Assembly (NCBI GenBank): GCA_963770895.1
Contig: CAVYRF010000002.1
Coordinates: 5,728,001 to 5,792,000, forward strand
Length of the DNA: 64,000 nt
Reading direction: 5' to 3'
Source of the DNA: an uncultured Acidobacteriota bacterium
GTDB lineage: Bacteria; Acidobacteriota; Thermoanaerobaculia; Multivoradales; UBA5704
The notes under the pieces are model-generated. The model made no database searches. It had not been told where the DNA came from and saw nothing but the letters and a program-made list of their open reading frames with translations. Within the stretch, counting starts at the first letter, position 1. The number at the start of each line of letters is the position of its first letter. Shown here piece after piece: positions 53,415-61,837 of this stretch. A program made the translations under genes and the position numbers.

Positions 53415-54818
53415 AAGTCGACGGCGAAGTTGGCGGTAGTTTCACGCAGTGAGCGTCTCCTGGTCAAGCTTTTCTGGGTAAGAAGGGGCAGACCGAGCGA
53501 GGGCGATGCTGAGAGCCGGCAGGTCGCGGTAGCCCTTGATGCGACGGAAGCGCTTCTCGGCTTCGAGGATCCCGGTGACCGCCCAGCGCAAGACCATCGT
53601 CCCTCCTCGCCAGCGCTTGACACGGCGAGCCAGGTGCTTCAGAGCACTGTTGAGATTCTCGATTGGATTGGTCGAGCGCAAACTGCGAGTGAGCGTCGCC
53701 GACATGCGCAGGCCGATGATTGTTAAGGTTTCATCGAGACCTTCCCGCAACGACGACGCTGCGCCTGGATGCGCCTCTTCCAGTTGCTCTGCCAAGCCCA
53801 CGAGGCGCTTCCGGGCTTGCTCGACAGAGCCAGCGGCCCAAGCCTTCCGGATCACCGTTCGCACCCACGCGTGCTTACTATCAGGTAAATGATCGATCAC
53901 GTTGCGCATCTTGTGGATCTGGCAGCGTTGGATCAATGCCCAGCCCGCAAAAGTCTTTCTAATCGCGGCACGCACGCCCTTGCCGCCGTCCACAACGAAC
54001 AGGCGCATCCGCTCTACCAGCAGGCCGCGCTCGATCAAGTTGCGCAGCAACGCCCGCCCTGCCTGCTCGCTCTCGCTGCTGCCTTCCACCACCCCCAGCA
54101 CTCGCTTCGACCCATCCGCCTCGATGCCCATCGCCAACAGCAGCACATGGTCGCCAAGCACCGTGCCGTCGATCATGAGCACCGGGAAGTCCCTGCCTTC
54201 GAGGGACTCGGACAGCCGCTGGGTGATCTGCTGGCGGGTCCGCGCGACGAAGCGCCGGGACACGCTCGAACGGCTGACCGAGCACGAGTTCCGGCTCTCG
54301 GGCAGGGCCTCCAGGCTCCGGGCATACTTGCGCGTCGATACGCCCACGATCATCTGCTCGAGAGCTCGCTCGTCGAGAGGATCTTCCTGTCGCATCGCGA
54401 CCCAACTCGGCAGCGCCAACTCCTCGCCCCCGACGGTGCGCACCCGCGGCCGGCCCAGCTGCACCTTGCGGCCGCCGAGGACCACGCGACCCTGCTCATG
54501 TCCGTAGCGATACGCCGTGCGCTGCGCTCCCTGCCGGCTGCCGGCAGGACCCACCAGCGCCTCGCGGTCCTCCTCCAGCATCGCCTCGAACACCGCGAGC
54601 CCCGTCGCCATCACCAGCTCCCGTAGCGCCTCTCCGGCTCGCACCAGCACGCCCCCCACGCCTACTCGCCGACAGGCTCCCTCGTGCCCAGCAGTTGCCT
54701 CTCTCCCTCTCGCCGTGGCACTCTTCTTCATGACGGTGACCCTCCTTTAGTTGGCACCCCCATGCTCTATGGGGGCGAGGATCGCCGTCAACTTTCAACG
54801 GATTCTGGGACAAGGCCC
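53391..54818 (-). mobile_element. IS256-family insertion sequence
   Basis: About 37-bp imperfect TIRs GGGGGATGTCCCACTTTCCGTTGAAAGTCGACGGCGA and (reverse complement) GGGCCTTGTCCCAGAATCCGTTGAAAGTTGACGGCGA; CACGAT(G) duplicated at 53385 and 54819. Confidence 0.85.
53442..54731 (-). CDS. IS256-family (Mutator-type) transposase
   Basis: GVSTRKY, LMIDG, VVDGGKG, QRCQIHKMRN, STNPIENLN. Confidence 0.93.
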   Translation of the reverse strand: MKKSATARGREATAGHEGACRRVGVGGVLVRAGEALRELVMATGLAVFEAMLEEDREALVGPAGSRQGAQRTAYRYGHEQGRVVLGGRKVQLGRPRVRTVGGEELALPSWVAMRQEDPLDERALEQMIVGVSTRKYARSLEALPESRNSCSVSRSSVSRRFVARTRQQITQRLSESLEGRDFPVLMIDGTVLGDHVLLLAMGIEADGSKRVLGVVEGSSESEQAGRALLRNLIERGLLVERMRLFVVDGGKGVRAAIRKTFAGWALIQRCQIHKMRNVIDHLPDSKHAWVRTVIRKAWAAGSVEQARKRLVGLAEQLEEAHPGAASSLREGLDETLTIIGLRMSATLTRSLRSTNPIENLNSALKHLARRVKRWRGGTMVLRWAVTGILEAEKRFRRIKGYRDLPALSIALARSAPSYPEKLDQETLTA

Positions 54819-54850
54819 CACGATGTGTAAATGTTATTTGTTGACGACTC

Positions 54851-55177
54851 CTAAGCCCACAATGGAGCTACGCCCTTGGCGACACGAAAGGCGTTGACGA
54901 CACTCCACAACCAGACTGCCAGATAGGAAACACCAGCCGTCACCGGTACTGCCCCCATGGCCGGAACGGTGAGGATCATCATCAACAAGCCCTTCTTGAA
55001 ATCGTTGTTGTAAAACTGGCCCAGACCCGGAACCACTACAGAGAAAATGACCGCGGCAATGGGACTCTTGCTTTTTCCGGTAATCAGACCTGGCATCTTT
55101 GCCTGCAGCTGGAAACCGCAACCACGGCAGAAAACGGCACGGTCGTCATTGTGTGTCCCGCACTTTGTACAGACCAT
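54851..55177 (-). CDS. Small zinc-ribbon membrane protein (TM2/NINE-like helices)
   Basis: MVCTKCG...FCRGCG, then KSPIAAVIFSVVVPGLGQFYN and further TM helices; ATG 55177 after GGAGG. Confidence 0.75.
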   Translation of the reverse strand: MVCTKCGTHNDDRAVFCRGCGFQLQAKMPGLITGKSKSPIAAVIFSVVVPGLGQFYNNDFKKGLLMMILTVPAMGAVPVTAGVSYLAVWLWSVVNAFRVAKGVAPLWA

Positions 55178-55363
55178 CGAGCACCTCCCATGTAGACGTT
55201 CAGGTTCAACTTGGTCTGACACCCTCCACGTCGCTTTGGGTGAGTCCAACCCGGCAGGAGCCGCGTTCGACTTCCTGGCAATTTGCGATATGCGCATTGG
55301 ACTTGCTCAGCCGATCACTCCCATACTTGCGCAATCCGTGGCGAACGAAAGAGGAGGCGGCGA

Positions 55364-56506
55364 GTGCCCAGGAACCTGGTGGTGTGCTGTGACGGGACGG
55401 GTAACGAGTTCGGCGACGCCAATTCGAACGCCGAAACGATCTATAGCTTGCTGGTCCTGGACGACGGCCGGCAGGTGGCCTACTACCATCCGGGCGTCGG
55501 CACGATGGGGGCGCCCAACGCGCTGCTCAAGACCACCAAGTGGTTCACCCGCGTGCTCGGGCTGGGCTTCGGCTACGGCATCACCGCCGACATCGAAGAC
55601 GCCTACGAATTTTTGATGGACACCTTCGAGCCGGAGGACCGCGTGTTCGTGTTCGGCTTCAGCCGCGGCGCCTACACCGCCCGCGCGCTGTGCTCGATGC
55701 TGCGAATGTATGGCCTGATCCGCCGCGGCGACCGCGCGCTGGTGCGCTATGCCTCGCGCATGCTGCGCCACGGCGGCGCCGACCGGTTCCGCCTGGCGGC
55801 GCAGTTCAAGGCAACCTTTTCGCGCCCTTGTAAACCTTATTTTGTCGGCGTCTGGGACACCGTTAAGTCGATCGGTTGGATCACCAACCCGGTGGACCTG
55901 CCCTATACCGGCACCAACAAGGATATTCAGTTCGCCCGCCACGCGGTGTCGATCGACGAGCGGCGCTGCTTTTATCGCACCAACCTGTGGCAGGCGGTGG
56001 CGGACCCCCGGCCCGGCCAGCCGCCGCCCCTCAAACAGGTCTGGTTCGCCGGCGTCCATTCCGACGTCGGCGGCTCCTATCCGGCGGCCGAAAACGGCCT
56101 TTCCAAGATCGCCCTGCGCTGGATGCTGGCCGAGGCCGCCGACGCCGGCCTGATCCTCGATCCGCAAAAAGCGTCGCGCGCCCTGCACACCGACGCCCAC
56201 GACCAGACGTCCCCGGAGTTCATGATCCACCGCTCCCTCAAGCGTTGGTGGTGGTCGCTCGAGTACTTGCCCAAGCGCTCCAGGAAGGAGCAGCCGCAAC
56301 CCGACGGCAGCTCCACCTGGATCACCCGCTGGGCGCTGCCGCGCGCCAAGCCGCGCACCATCGCTCCCGGCTCCCTGGTCCACCAGAGCGTCATGGACCG
56401 CATGCAACAGGTGCCGTCCTACCGGCCGATCAACCTGCCGCCGCCGCCGCAGTACACGGTCGTGGACGACCTGCCTGCGCCGTTTCCGAAGGTGCCCACG
56501 CCCTGA
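55364..56506 (+). CDS. DUF2235 alpha/beta hydrolase (Tle1-like phospholipase domain)
   Basis: RNLVVCCDGTGN, YYHPGVGT, FGFSRGAYTAR, GVWDTV, HAVSIDERR, WFAGVHSDVGG; GTG 55364 after GAGGAGG. Confidence 0.9.
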   Translation: MPRNLVVCCDGTGNEFGDANSNAETIYSLLVLDDGRQVAYYHPGVGTMGAPNALLKTTKWFTRVLGLGFGYGITADIEDAYEFLMDTFEPEDRVFVFGFSRGAYTARALCSMLRMYGLIRRGDRALVRYASRMLRHGGADRFRLAAQFKATFSRPCKPYFVGVWDTVKSIGWITNPVDLPYTGTNKDIQFARHAVSIDERRCFYRTNLWQAVADPRPGQPPPLKQVWFAGVHSDVGGSYPAAENGLSKIALRWMLAEAADAGLILDPQKASRALHTDAHDQTSPEFMIHRSLKRWWWSLEYLPKRSRKEQPQPDGSSTWITRWALPRAKPRTIAPGSLVHQSVMDRMQQVPSYRPINLPPPPQYTVVDDLPAPFPKVPTP

Positions 56507-56531
56507 AGGTTGCCGTCCTGCCTTTGGCTCA

Positions 56532-57569
56532 CTAGGGCACGCACTCGCCGAGAACGGTGGTGAGCGTGACGGAGCACCCGAGCAACGTGGCGCCCCCGCA
56601 GGACACCGTCAGGTTCATGGGAGTGGCGCCTTGATAGATGCCGGTGATGGTGTTGTTGCCGCTGGCCAGGGTCGTGGGCGCATGGGACACGAGCACTCCG
56701 GGAGATGCGGTCACGGTTGGAGTGCAGCCCGAAAGCGACCCCGACAGGTTCACCGTGGCGACAAAGGCATGGAAATCGGGCCCCGCTGTGCCCGGCGGCG
56801 GCCCGAGGCAGCATCCCGAGGTAACCGTTCCTGTCAGCGTGCATCCCAGAGGTTGTATATGTGTGGCGCAAGGACAACCCCTGGGGATCACCCCTCCCGG
56901 GGCGCTGATGGTACCGGCGACGTCCAGCCCGGTGGGGGTGGGCCCGATCGCGGTGGCTCTGGCGGTGGCGTTGGTATTGGTCGGGTTGATCGCCGAGCCC
57001 TCGTTGTGAACCTTGATGATCACGCAGTTCTCGCCCGCCACGAACGGGCCGCTTAAGACTTTCGTGTCGGGAGCGTTCGCCTCGAATGAATTAAGGGTCC
57101 CCGTGTACGCCGGCGTCGTGCTTGGATTCTCGGCCATCGCGAGGCTGTCGTTCAGGTAGACGAATTCCTGGTTGTCGGCCTGCATCTGCAGACTGACCGT
57201 CGCGCCGGCCGGTTTGTCTAGGCAAAAGCACGACTGGTAGAAGTAGTCGCCGCCGGGCTGGGCAGCGTTGGCTGCTGTATTGCTGATCCACTGGCTGCCG
57301 CCAATCGGCGGATTCCAGCCGCTGATCTTAGACACCGTGAAGGTGGGCAGGGTTGCGACGACCGCAGGAGGAACCGCGATCAGACTCCACAAGGGATCCT
57401 GCGCTCCAATCGCCAGCAGGCCTCCGGTCGCATTGGTACCGGTGTTCAGGGACAAGCTGGCGGCATCCCTGCAAATGAGGGCTGTCTGACCCGACAGGGA
57501 CCATGGACACACCACGAGAAATAGCAACACGAAACCCATACGCTGGAGCTGCCGCGCCGCCAGGTGCAT
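56532..57569 (-). CDS. Secreted Cys-rich hypothetical protein with putative jelly-roll/lectin-like domain
   Basis: Signal peptide; SQWIS...ADN...YLN...GENCVIIKVHN...PTGL pattern; Cys-rich C-terminus. Confidence 0.6.
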   Translation of the reverse strand: MHLAARQLQRMGFVLLFLVVCPWSLSGQTALICRDAASLSLNTGTNATGGLLAIGAQDPLWSLIAVPPAVVATLPTFTVSKISGWNPPIGGSQWISNTAANAAQPGGDYFYQSCFCLDKPAGATVSLQMQADNQEFVYLNDSLAMAENPSTTPAYTGTLNSFEANAPDTKVLSGPFVAGENCVIIKVHNEGSAINPTNTNATARATAIGPTPTGLDVAGTISAPGGVIPRGCPCATHIQPLGCTLTGTVTSGCCLGPPPGTAGPDFHAFVATVNLSGSLSGCTPTVTASPGVLVSHAPTTLASGNNTITGIYQGATPMNLTVSCGGATLLGCSVTLTTVLGECVP

Positions 57570-57731
57570 ACTTGCTCCTTTTTTTGAGAAAGGTGATCAA
57601 ATTTCAGTATGAACCTGGCGACTGGCTCCCGCAAGCCTACTCGCTCATGGCAAAATACAGAATTGACATTCCGGGCTCGCGCTTCAAGACTCTAAAATGA
57701 AGCTGGCACCGGCACCCAAAGGAGACGCACG

Positions 57732-58337
57732 ATGGCTGAGCAACCAGGACCGTTTCTGAACCTGCCCTCGGAAGAGGAGCTGCGGCAGCGGGCGCACGCC
57801 GCCGGCGCAGCGCCGTCGCCCTACGACTTTGGCTTCGTCGGCGACATGTCGCGCCTGCTCGCGGCGCACCCGCGCATCGGTCCGGCGATGCAGCGCGCCT
57901 TTGCCGAGATCATGTTCGCGCCGGGCGCGCTCAGCCGCGCCGAGCGGGAGATGGTCGCGGCCGTCGCCTCGGCGGCCCAGGACTGCCAATACTGAACGGA
58001 GTCTCACGCAGAGTTTCTGCGTGTCGAAAACGGCGACCCCAGCCTGGTCGAGGCGATCAAGCGCCACCGGTGGCGCGACCTTCCCGGCCTCACGCCGCGC
58101 CAGCGCGCCCTCTGCACGGTGGCGGAAACCATGACCCTGCGCCCCCGGCAGATGACCGCCGCCGACTGGCAGCCGCTGCGCGACCTCGGCTTCTCCGACG
58201 AAGCGCTGCTCGAGTTGGGGCACCTGATCGCCATCTTCAACTACTTCCCGCGGATGGCCGACGGCTTCGGCCTGGTGGTGCACGAAAAGCTGCGCGAAGC
58301 GGCCGCCACCGGCGTCCCGCTACGTCGCCAGAGCTGA
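57732..58337 (+). CDS. AhpD/carboxymuconolactone decarboxylase-like peroxidase, putative selenoprotein (TGA at 57993-57995 read as Sec)
   Basis: ORFs 57732..57995 and 58119..58337 share a frame with only TGA between them; readthrough gives EREMVAAVASAAQDCQYUTESH...FSDEALLEL...FNYFPRMADGFG (201 aa). Confidence 0.8.
58005..58023 (+). promoter_or_regulatory. Candidate bacterial SECIS hairpin
   Basis: CACGCAGA-GTT-TCTGCGTG, a perfect 8-bp stem whose loop begins with GU 18 nt after the TGA. Confidence 0.65.
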
Positions 58338-58369
58338 GACCCGCGGCGGCAGGCTGCTACCATGACCTG

Positions 58370-61300
58370 ATGGATCTTGCCGCTTCGCTCTCCAGCCACG
58401 TGACGCGGGCAGTGCGCTATCGCGGCACGGCGTACTTTCATGCCGGCCGCGTGACCCTGCTCAAACGGGGCGCCGAGATGGTGACCGCGGCGGTCAGCGG
58501 CACCAAGCCGTACCACGTCGAGCTGACCCGCCGGGACCGGTCGCTGGCGGTGTCGTGCACCTGTCCGCACTTCGAGCGCGACCAGCAGGCGTGCAAACAC
58601 ATCTGGGCGACCCTCCTGGCCGCCAGCTCGCTGGGCCATCTGGTGCCGCCCTCGGGTGAGGCGCCGCGCTGGATCACGCCCGTCGCCACCGTCCCCACCT
58701 CCGGCAACGGCAGCGGCGATGCGCGCACTGCGGCCGCCGCGGCGGCGGCTCGCGACGGCTCGGCCCTGCCGCTCGCGGCGCGCGGCGGCGCGGCGGCATC
58801 CGCCCTGGCCGGCGCCGGCGGCGCCTTCGCTTCGCAGGCCTGGCGGCTGGCGGATCCCATGCCGCAGAGCCCGCCCGCGCCGCCGCCGCCGCCGACCTGG
58901 CGCAGCCACCTGGCGTCGCTGGACATCGCGGCGGTGCCGGCCGCCGGGCGCGGCAAGCGGATCGAAGAGGTGCAGTACGTGATCGACCGGGCGGCGTCGA
59001 GCCGCACCGGCGGCCTGGTCATCGAGCTGTTGGAGCGCGGCCGCCGGGCGAACGGCGAATGGGGCAAGGCGCGGTCGCTCAAGCTCGACCGCGGCGACAT
59101 CGCCTCGCGCGTGCCGCTCGAGGTCGACCGCCAGATCCTTGCCCTGCTGGGCGGCGCCCGGTCGCACCCGTCCTTCTATGCCGGCTGGATGACCTACGCG
59201 GATGCGCTGCCGTCCCGCGCCGAAGCGCCCGAAATGCTGGGCCCGCTGCTGGCGCCGCTGCTGGCCGCGACCGGCCGCGCCAGCCTGCGCCCCGCTCCGG
59301 AAGCCCTGCCAGGACCGCCGCTCACCTGGGACGCGGGCGCCCCCTGGCAGCTGTGGCTGGCGGTGCGGCGCGGCCAGGACGGCAGCCAGTACCAGGTCGA
59401 GGGCAGCTGGCGGCGCGGCGACGAGCGCCTGGCGCTCGACCAGGTGGCCCTGACCCTGCGCTCCGGCATCCTGGTCACCGCCGACCGCATGGCGCGCCTG
59501 GACCACGGGGGGAGCTTTGCCTGGATCCCGCTGCTCAATCGCATCCACCGGCTGGAAGTGCCCGCCGCGGAGATCGAACAGCTGGCGGCACGGCTGCTTG
59601 CCGAGCACGACCTGCAGCGGCTCGATTTGCCCCCGGAGCTGCGCTGCGAAGAGGTGAGCGAAACGCCCACCCCGCGCCTGCTGCTGCACGCCCCCGGCTC
59701 CCCTGCCGAGCGCTGGCAGCGCGCCACGGCGATGCTGCGCTACAGCGCCGGCGACGTGGCGCCGGACGCCCCCGGCCAGCGCCTCTACCGGGCGGCGCCG
59801 GACCGCCGCCTGGTGCGGCGCGACCGCGAAGCCGAAGCGCGCGCCCAGCGCCGGCTGGCCGACGGCGGCTTCCAGCCTGCCGGCGACGGCGACCCCCACG
59901 GCACGCTGCGCATCGAGCGGCGGCGGGTCGCCGACGTCGCGCCGCAGCTGCTCGCCGAGGGGTGGCTGCTGGAGGCGGAGGGGCGGCCGCTGCGCGCGCC
60001 CACCCACCCGCAGCTGGCCGTCAGCTCGCACATCGACTGGTTCGAGCTGCGCGGCGGCGTCGACTTCGACGGCCAGATCGTGGCGCTGCCCGATCTGCTG
60101 CTGGCCCTGCGGCGCGGCGCCACCACCATCCGCCTGGGCGACGGCGCCACCGGCCTGCTGCCCGAAGAGTGGCTGCGGCGCGTCGCGCCGCTGGCCGAGC
60201 TCGGCCAGCCGAGCGGCGACCACCTGCGCTTTCAGCCGGCGCAGGCGGGCCTGCTCGACTCGCTGCTCGCGGCGGAACCGGCGGCCACCGCGGACCGCGG
60301 TTTTGCCGACGCCCGGCGGCGCCTGGCGGGTTTTGCCGGCATCGAGCCGGCGGCGCCGCCGCCGGGCTTTCACGGCGAGCTGCGCCCGTATCAGCGCGCC
60401 GGCCTGGGCTGGCTGCACTTTTTGCGCGAGTTCGGCTTCGGCGGTTGCCTGGCGGACGACATGGGCCTGGGCAAGACCGTGCAGGTCCTGGCGCTGCTCG
60501 CCAGCCGCCGCCGCCTGCGCAAACGCCAGGGCCTCGGCCCCTCGCTGGTGGTCGTGCCGCGCTCGCTGATCTTCAACTGGATCGCCGAGGCCGCCCGCTT
60601 CACCCCCGCCCTGCGCGTGCGCAACTACACCGGCACGCAGCGGCATCGCCACGACCAGCCGCTCGACGACTGCGACCTGGTGCTCACCACCTACGGCACG
60701 CTGCGCCGCGACGCCGGACGCCTGAGCGCGATCGAGTTCGACTACCTGATCCTGGACGAGGCGCAGGCGATCAAGAACCCCGCCAGCGAGTCCGCCAAGG
60801 CCGCCCGCCGGCTCAAGGGCAGGCATCGCCTGGCGCTCACCGGCACGCCGGTCGAAAACCACCTGGGCGACCTGTGGAGCCTGCTGGAGTTCCTCAACCC
60901 CGGCATCACCGGCGCCTCGGCGATCCTGCGCTCCGCCACCGGCATGCTGCGCGACCCCGACGAGACGACCCGCGCCCAGCTGGCGCGCGGCCTGCGCCCG
61001 TTCATCCTGCGCCGCACCAAGGAGCAGGTGGCGCCCGAGCTGCCGGCCAAGTTCGAGCAGACCATCGTCTGCGAGCTGACCGCCGGCCAGCGGCGGCTGT
61101 ACGACGAGCTGCGCCAGCACTTCCGCTCGACGCTCGCGCTGCGCGTCGACGAGCGCGGCCTGGGGCGGTCCAAGATGCTGGTCCTGGAAGCCCTGCTGCG
61201 GCTGCGCCAGGCCGCCTGCCATCCCGGCCTGATCGACCCGGCGCGCGGCGGCGAGCCCAGCGCCAAGCTCGACTTTTTGCTGCCGCAGCTGGCGGAGGTC

Positions 61301-61765
61301 CTGGCCTCGGGCCACAAGGCGCTGGTGTTTTCGCAGTTCACCAGCCTGCTGGCCATCCTGCGCCGCCACCTGGACGCGCAGGGCATCACCCACGCCTATC
61401 TCGACGGCCAGACCCGCGACCGCGCCGCGCGCGTCGAGCAGTTTCAGGGCGACCCCGCGTGCAAGCTCTTCCTGGTCAGCCTGAAGGCCGGCGGCCTGGG
61501 CCTCAACCTGACGGCCGCCGACTACGTGTACCTGCTCGATCCGTGGTGGAACCCGGCGGTCGAGGCGCAGGCCATCGACCGCGCCCACCGCATCGGCCAG
61601 ACCCGCCAGGTGTTCGCCTACCGCATCGTCGCCAAGGACACCGTGGAGGAGAAGATCCTGCTGTTGCAGCAGAGCAAGCGCCAGGTCGCCGACGCCATCA
61701 TCAGCGCCGACGACACCCTGCTGCGCCGGCTGAGCCGCGACGACCTGGATCTGCTGCTGTCCTGA
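58370..61765 (+). CDS. SWIM zinc finger + SNF2 family helicase
   Basis: CTC...CKH SWIM, LADDMGLGKT, LDEAQ, TGTPVEN, QAIDRAHRIGQ; ATG 58370. Confidence 0.92.
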   Translation: MDLAASLSSHVTRAVRYRGTAYFHAGRVTLLKRGAEMVTAAVSGTKPYHVELTRRDRSLAVSCTCPHFERDQQACKHIWATLLAASSLGHLVPPSGEAPRWITPVATVPTSGNGSGDARTAAAAAAARDGSALPLAARGGAAASALAGAGGAFASQAWRLADPMPQSPPAPPPPPTWRSHLASLDIAAVPAAGRGKRIEEVQYVIDRAASSRTGGLVIELLERGRRANGEWGKARSLKLDRGDIASRVPLEVDRQILALLGGARSHPSFYAGWMTYADALPSRAEAPEMLGPLLAPLLAATGRASLRPAPEALPGPPLTWDAGAPWQLWLAVRRGQDGSQYQVEGSWRRGDERLALDQVALTLRSGILVTADRMARLDHGGSFAWIPLLNRIHRLEVPAAEIEQLAARLLAEHDLQRLDLPPELRCEEVSETPTPRLLLHAPGSPAERWQRATAMLRYSAGDVAPDAPGQRLYRAAPDRRLVRRDREAEARAQRRLADGGFQPAGDGDPHGTLRIERRRVADVAPQLLAEGWLLEAEGRPLRAPTHPQLAVSSHIDWFELRGGVDFDGQIVALPDLLLALRRGATTIRLGDGATGLLPEEWLRRVAPLAELGQPSGDHLRFQPAQAGLLDSLLAAEPAATADRGFADARRRLAGFAGIEPAAPPPGFHGELRPYQRAGLGWLHFLREFGFGGCLADDMGLGKTVQVLALLASRRRLRKRQGLGPSLVVVPRSLIFNWIAEAARFTPALRVRNYTGTQRHRHDQPLDDCDLVLTTYGTLRRDAGRLSAIEFDYLILDEAQAIKNPASESAKAARRLKGRHRLALTGTPVENHLGDLWSLLEFLNPGITGASAILRSATGMLRDPDETTRAQLARGLRPFILRRTKEQVAPELPAKFEQTIVCELTAGQRRLYDELRQHFRSTLALRVDERGLGRSKMLVLEALLRLRQAACHPGLIDPARGGEPSAKLDFLLPQLAEVLASGHKALVFSQFTSLLAILRRHLDAQGITHAYLDGQTRDRAARVEQFQGDPACKLFLVSLKAGGLGLNLTAADYVYLLDPWWNPAVEAQAIDRAHRIGQTRQVFAYRIVAKDTVEEKILLLQQSKRQVADAIISADDTLLRRLSRDDLDLLLS

Positions 61766-61837
61766 CCGGCGGCTCGCCGCCCGCGCCGGCGCCGGCGGCG
61801 ATGCTCGGGGGGCTGGGGGTGCTGGGGGCGCTGCCTT

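Larger units (their letters stand above)
52136..54851 (+). mobile_element. ISAzo13-family insertion sequence (interrupted by nested IS256)
   Basis: IRL GGCGCTGTCAATAAACAAATTTGACAC and IRR (reverse complement) GGAGTCGTCAACAAATAACATTTACAC; 3-bp TAA duplication at 52133-35 and 54852-54. Confidence 0.85.

Noticed and set aside
57732-57995. Pseudogene interpretation of the AhpD-like gene
   Set aside because: The stop is TGA at the catalytic Cys column with a SECIS-like hairpin and an intact downstream frame; recoding is more parsimonious, though unproven.
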